The position numbers and the translations under genes were made by a program. Shown here one piece after another: positions 58,784 through 64,000 of a DNA stretch of 64,000 nucleotides. Where the stretch lies: NCBI GenBank assembly GCA_000934665.2, contig JYFJ02001687.1:1-64000 (forward strand), read 5' to 3'. A model generated the notes under the pieces. The model made no database searches. It saw only the letters and a program-made list of their open reading frames with translations, and was not told where the DNA came from. Within the stretch, counting starts at the first letter, position 1, and every line of letters starts with the position of its first letter. The DNA comes from Catajapyx aquilonaris. Lineage: Eukaryota.

Positions 58784-61520
58784 TGTACACATACTCACTG
58801 GATTGCAATGGCGGATGGTCAACTGAAGCCGCCAGTCCCCGCCACCGCTGTAGGTTTGCCCAGCATCCAGCGATAATCAGCCGGCATTGCAATTAGACTT
58901 TGATCTGCTCGCTGATTGGTCGGGGCTAGTTCTGGGCCTCGGGAACACCTTGGCCAGTTGGGTCTCTAGGAGGAGGGGCCCACCTTCACCCCCCACCACC
59001 AACACCGCCTGCCACTACTACGTTCTGGCACCCACCGAACCACCCACCCACCCATCCACCACCACCACTACCATCACCAACATCACCCACTCCTGCAACC
59101 ACTGCCATGGGTTTCTTCAGTACTCTTCCTCCGATGGACCACGGATCACCACTCTCACTTGGTAAGTTGTTTATATTGTCTGTCACTTATAGGCGACAGG
59201 TCATGTTGTGTTCGGGGAATTTGCACCTGTTCTTAACCAGTACCAATAATACCTCACACTGCATTGTCTGATTGTTGTAGGTTTCATTACTGAGGTGAAA
59301 CTTCATCGAAATCAAATATTATATCGAGAGTCAAAATGTCCACAATAATTAATCAGCGTGCCATTGTCAACTGAGGTATCTACTACTGTCACATTTTGAC
59401 GAAATTAATGTTCGTGTTTTACGTTGTTTAGTGTAGGTTACGGTCAATGTCTAGGGTGATTTTTACTCGATTATCGAGTTGTTTTCTTTTGCACTCCAGT
59501 CACATATGTAATATTGTCATTTCCTATGACGAGGCAATAAAGATATTGATATTGGGAAGATAGGCTGTAAACACACAATCCAAATTTCATATACCGACTG
59601 ATGCACCCCTAGAAGGACATGGATTATCTCTCTCTTGTCATCCCAATGGGCCAAGGGGATAACATTCCTGTTAGGGATGAGCCAACTGCAAACAAACATG
59701 CCGCTCTAGAATATTGTTCCATGCAACATAATTATGTGCTGCGAACAAGAGAGGCAGTAAAGTGTGCAGTAAAAGTACAAAAAAAGCTGTGGGTGTCCCA
59801 CTGAGAAATTGCGCAATAGATATGTCGAATGAATGTCCTGCAATGTGGAAGACACTTTTACAAGGTTGGTGGCCATCAGTGTTGCTAATGCACAGGGACC
59901 ATTCAACTCTTCAGAAGCCATTGTGAGGGTCAATTACGACAGTGCCATCCACTTTCCTACCGTTGCCCTTCCTCAAAAATGAACCAGGGGCTAGGGTGTG
60001 TATAGTATGAGAGGCAGCATGGTGAAGGTGTAATTTATTGCACTTTTGGGGGGCTTGATGCTGGACAAGTGTTTAAGGGAATGGTGGGGGCCACTTGCCT
60101 ACAAACATCAACAGACAATAAAATCTTTTGGGAAAGAGTGTGGGAACCGCGCTGGCCAGCAAAGTCCAGGCTGAAGAGTTCAGAACGTGCTGGAAATGCC
60201 ATAAATCACTTTCTCTCCTTGAAGAGGTTAGTAGGGTCTGTTCTTCAGAAGGTGCGTATATATGGGGCATGGTATGGCTGGACATTCTTTAGAAGACTAT
60301 TGTTCGCATTTTTTCAGCGCATGTTAGGTCTCAAGTTTGTATATATTGAACTGTATTTGCCTTTCCGACTGTTATCATATACCGATATTAATGCAAGGAT
60401 CTAGGTTGTTACCTCATTTTGGCAATGTGGCAACATTACTGGTCATTTTGGGTCTGCTTATTGTACACTGTAATTCATTCCGATTTGGAGACGCCGGAAA
60501 TTTGTTATTACTTTTCTCCTTTCGCTGTTCCGACTTCAAAACGGAACAGGGAAAAAAGGGTTACAGATTGGATATGAACATTATGCGAACATTCCCGGCC
60601 TTATCTCAAAATTGGAAAAATTAATAGGCCGTGTGATACGACCGTTGCAATTTAACGTTACGTTTCTCTCAAGACGAGAAAAAGTGATCATGAAGTTCTG
60701 TCTCCGAGTCGGGACATAAATTACATCGTAGTCATGACCTACAGTAATATGCATGCCTTCCATTAATCACTGTAGACTATATAGCCCACTCTTACTGTAT
60801 ATAATCATGTAAGCTCAAGTTAAGATCCCAATTGGTGACTAGCGCATTTAACCAATTTAAAATATTGATAACTATACCCTATACCAATATAAACAGGTTA
60901 TAAAAACTTATGACAACAACTACTAACTCATATTTCCCATCATCCTAAAGCTTGCACAATGTGGTATATGTGTATGTAATATTATTTCGCGTAATTTTAA
61001 CCCTGTCCTGGCAGACTGAACCTAATAAACTTTCGCTTGAAAACACCGCCACACATTCCATAACCCTCTGCAAATCTAAACTGACGCCCAACAGGCCTCC
61101 TGTATAAATGTTTAGTTCATAGCTGTGAATAGAAAAGGCGCAGGTCAACAGCTATAAATTCATTCAGATTCAGAGACGAGTTATGCATAATTTTTCAGAC
61201 TAAACTGCTTCTTATTTAGCATTTCAGGAGTTATAAAGTATATTAGCTGCTAATATTAAGTTGAATATCAGTGTTATTCTAAATTATGGGAAGGTCTAAG
61301 ATGATAAAATTGGTTCAACACTGACTCAGGTGGGAATGGTTCAAAATGGGTCACTGCAATATCGTTATTTTAAAGTTCTGCGAGCCGCATTATTAATATG
61401 AGCTCCCGCCCTCAGTCACAACAATATGATATTAATCTCACAAGGAAAATATTTAGCTTACACATCTGCAACATTCTGACCTATACGGTACATTTAACAT
61501 AATCCACATAAAAATACACA

Positions 61521-61660
61521 TAATGTACACGGAAAATGAGAGAACGATCTGACGTCATCAAGGTATCCATGGAAATATTCTCATGGAACAATATGAGTAA
61601 ACAGTGTCAACAAAGGAAGAAACGATGACGTCAGATCGTTCTCTCGTTTTCCGTACATTA
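61521..61660. mobile_element. short MITE-like inverted repeat upstream of hh
   Basis: Arms CGGAAAATGAGAGAACGATCTGACGTCATC / GATGACGTCAGATCGTTCTCTCGTTTTCCG. Confidence 0.7.
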
Positions 61661-64000
61661 CTCGTACAGTACATTCTGTGTCCAGAGAAATAAAATCATA
61701 GTTATTGCTCTAGTTTGACAGGAAGTCCCATCTCATCCTCCTTCCTGCTGGACTAAAAATGGTCCTGCTGCCTCTGTGTTGTTGTTGTGGAAGGACCGTT
61801 AGAGCAGTAAATATAATAGTATCAGTTTGACTGGATATGTCATGTCGAACGACTAACGGTGAAGTGAACACGGATGAAACTGTGAGCATTATTGTTGAGG
61901 CAGCCGAGAGATTAGGAGCGCCTCCCAAGGGGTGACTTTGCCGTTTCTTTCAAAGGTATACTGTACAGTCAATCCCCTTCGAGTTCCAAAATTGCAACGG
62001 CTCAGAAAACATCCTCCCTTCAAACCCCCTCCCCCCCCCCCCTCCGACACGACATCAGTTCAATCATCTCGCATCGCATCTCGTGTATTCAACCCAATAA
62101 TTGGCTTTTAACTGTAGAACAACAAAGCGCTTAACTCGGAAGATGTGGCGTTCCATGGATGTGAAGACCCTTTGTGTATATTGCCGGGACTCAAGTAGGC
62201 GGAGAGGTTTGACATTTTGAGCTCAACACGCCTGGACTGCTAGCAGGAATCCTATTAGTTGTACAGGCTTAACAGTCAAGGGATCAGGACCTAGGGTTTG
62301 CCATAGGCGCTTTGCAATTATTTAGACCTGTAGTGGTGACCGCCCAGCAAAAAAGGCAGGTTGGCCCCTTGCTGCGGAAACCAAACTTTTAAGCCTATTT
62401 CTAAATCCTGTATAATTCCGATGGGTTTCTGACACCGCTTTTTGTCGGAAAAGGGGCCAACACTAAGATTGGGGAAGTTGGCCTTATCCTGATTTTGGTA
62501 CCCTTGTTTTGGGAAGACAGGCCACCACCTACTGTGGACAAGCCGCCATCATTGTCGAAGTGATGGCATCTCGGACACGTCTTACTAAAATGCGTGCATT
62601 CCTTGAAGTTATGGAGTCGTGGTCCAGTACAGTGTTGGACATTATCCGAAGCGGCAGAAGAAGGAATCATGCTCGCCCGGCTTGCAGTATCCTTATCTTT
62701 GATTCCTTCTTCTGCCGCTACGGAAAATGTCGCTAGCAGTATGCCTGGTCTAACACTGTACCAATCTGGTTTGAAAGTACGATGTCAATTAGAGCATATA
62801 AAAATATGATTTGAGTTTGCAATTCAAAATATCGTGTGCCGCTCACATAGGGCGAGAGAGATAATATTTTTATAGATGTACGTAGTCGTAGTAGTACTGT
62901 AGTAATAATATGAAAATATCAGTGAAAATAGCAATAGCGCCACATTGATCAGCTGGAGTGCCGGATGTGGCCATCTGGTGTTCTGTTGTCAACCACTCTC
63001 TTAAGATTTGCTTTATGTGCCTGTAAGTCACAATGTGGCTTGTAGTTTGCAATACACATCAAGGAAGGGGAAGAAGGGTAAACAAATATTTACAACAAGT
63101 AACAAAACAGTCTTATAAGAAAATGCCTTATTATTTTCTTCCTCAGATCCACGAGCACAGAAAGAAGAGAGACTAAAGGCAGCAGGAGGTGCTTACCCAA
63201 GATGAAAATGCCAATGGCTAGTGTCACATTTACGATGAGTTACACACAAGGAATGCTATAATAGCCATTACACGGGTACTAGAGGGTAGGCAAAAAAAGC
63301 GAAACGAGGTTTGAATGTGGCAGAATTATTTTTACAGCTCTATTACGCTTGACCAAAAATTATTTCGCAAAAAGCAATAGACTCATTCTTGAACTGTACT
63401 TATCAATGCTGCGTGGACACACCCTCCTGTATTTTTTTTTTCAAAACTTTACTGTTTTTTGTATTTCCATAAATTTTCAGAAGTGCCAAATGATAAAGAC
63501 TAAGGGGAAAACACTATAGAAAAAAACACTGCGCCGTTATGGTCCCCATTGTAATTCTATGCCTGCAGAGGGTTAGAAGGATATTAAAACGAGCCCCCTG
63601 CTTCGACACGGTTTGTAAGCCGGCAGGAGCTGGCCTCTGTCCCCATAGAAAAACCCTCTGGCATGAGGTAACCTGCCTAGTTGAGCAGAGATGAAAAATC
63701 ATTTCTGCCAAATTCAAATCTTTCTGTTACGAGCGCCCTGCATATAATGTGGGTTCCTTGTCTAATTCATGGAAAACACTGAAGATGGGTGCACGAAATA
63801 ACAGCAGGATGCCTGAACCAATAATATTTTCATACTTCACATTATGTATGCAATACTTGAATTTAATTTTAATTTCATTGTTAAATGAAATCGTGGTTTA
63901 GTTCGCACATAATCGTCACTGTATTTTCTGCATATATGTGGCATTACTGCATCGATCTGAATAGAATTGGTTCACATAATGCACCTCTGTCATCTCATCA

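Noticed and set aside
58737..58892. 52-aa N-terminal extension of Hh suggested by the ORF track
   Set aside because: It starts at TTG, not ATG. The first in-frame ATG (58736) has an ideal ACCATGG context.
59340..59374. Inr+DPE core promoter for hh
   Set aside because: TCAGTT is present, but the GGACA word falls at +32 rather than +28. The TSS cannot be called from sequence.
60070..62750. Faint RTE-like peptide (60073-60285) and Cys/His knuckle-like peptide (62401-62670)
   Set aside because: Similarity is too weak and frame-broken to annotate without a profile search.

Overview
Eukaryotic (animal, most likely arthropod) genomic DNA, AT-rich and dense in repeats, with no prokaryotic operon, CRISPR or phage features. 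It holds two spliced protein-coding genes arranged tail-to-tail. (1) On +, a 5-exon mitochondrial-type 2,4-dienoyl-CoA reductase (DECR1-like SDR; CDS 2366..8779, 332 aa) that unusually also ends in a PTS1-like -SKM. (2) On -, a 3-exon hedgehog gene (CDS 58736..16726, 468 aa) with introns of 33.4 kb and 7.2 kb, intact HhN and Hint/SRR domains and a 67-aa His-rich leader. The rest is intronic or intergenic and carries tRNA-derived SINEs (three with clear target-site duplications), many palindromic MITE/foldback elements and microsatellites. Most notable observations: a train of long inverted repeats between the two 3' ends, including a pre-miRNA-sized hairpin whose non-Watson-Crick pairs are almost all G-U on the + strand; an element that resembles (from recall) the mammalian MER2/MER2B Tigger MITE; many TA-xxx-TA transposon excision footprints, three of them visible as insertions in one arm of an inverted repeat; a Ci/Gli site cluster next to hh exon 2; and a strong-context uORF ending 2 nt before the hh start codon. 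All repeat-family names come from recalled motifs, not database searches. Repeat boundaries are approximate unless a TSD or TIR is given.
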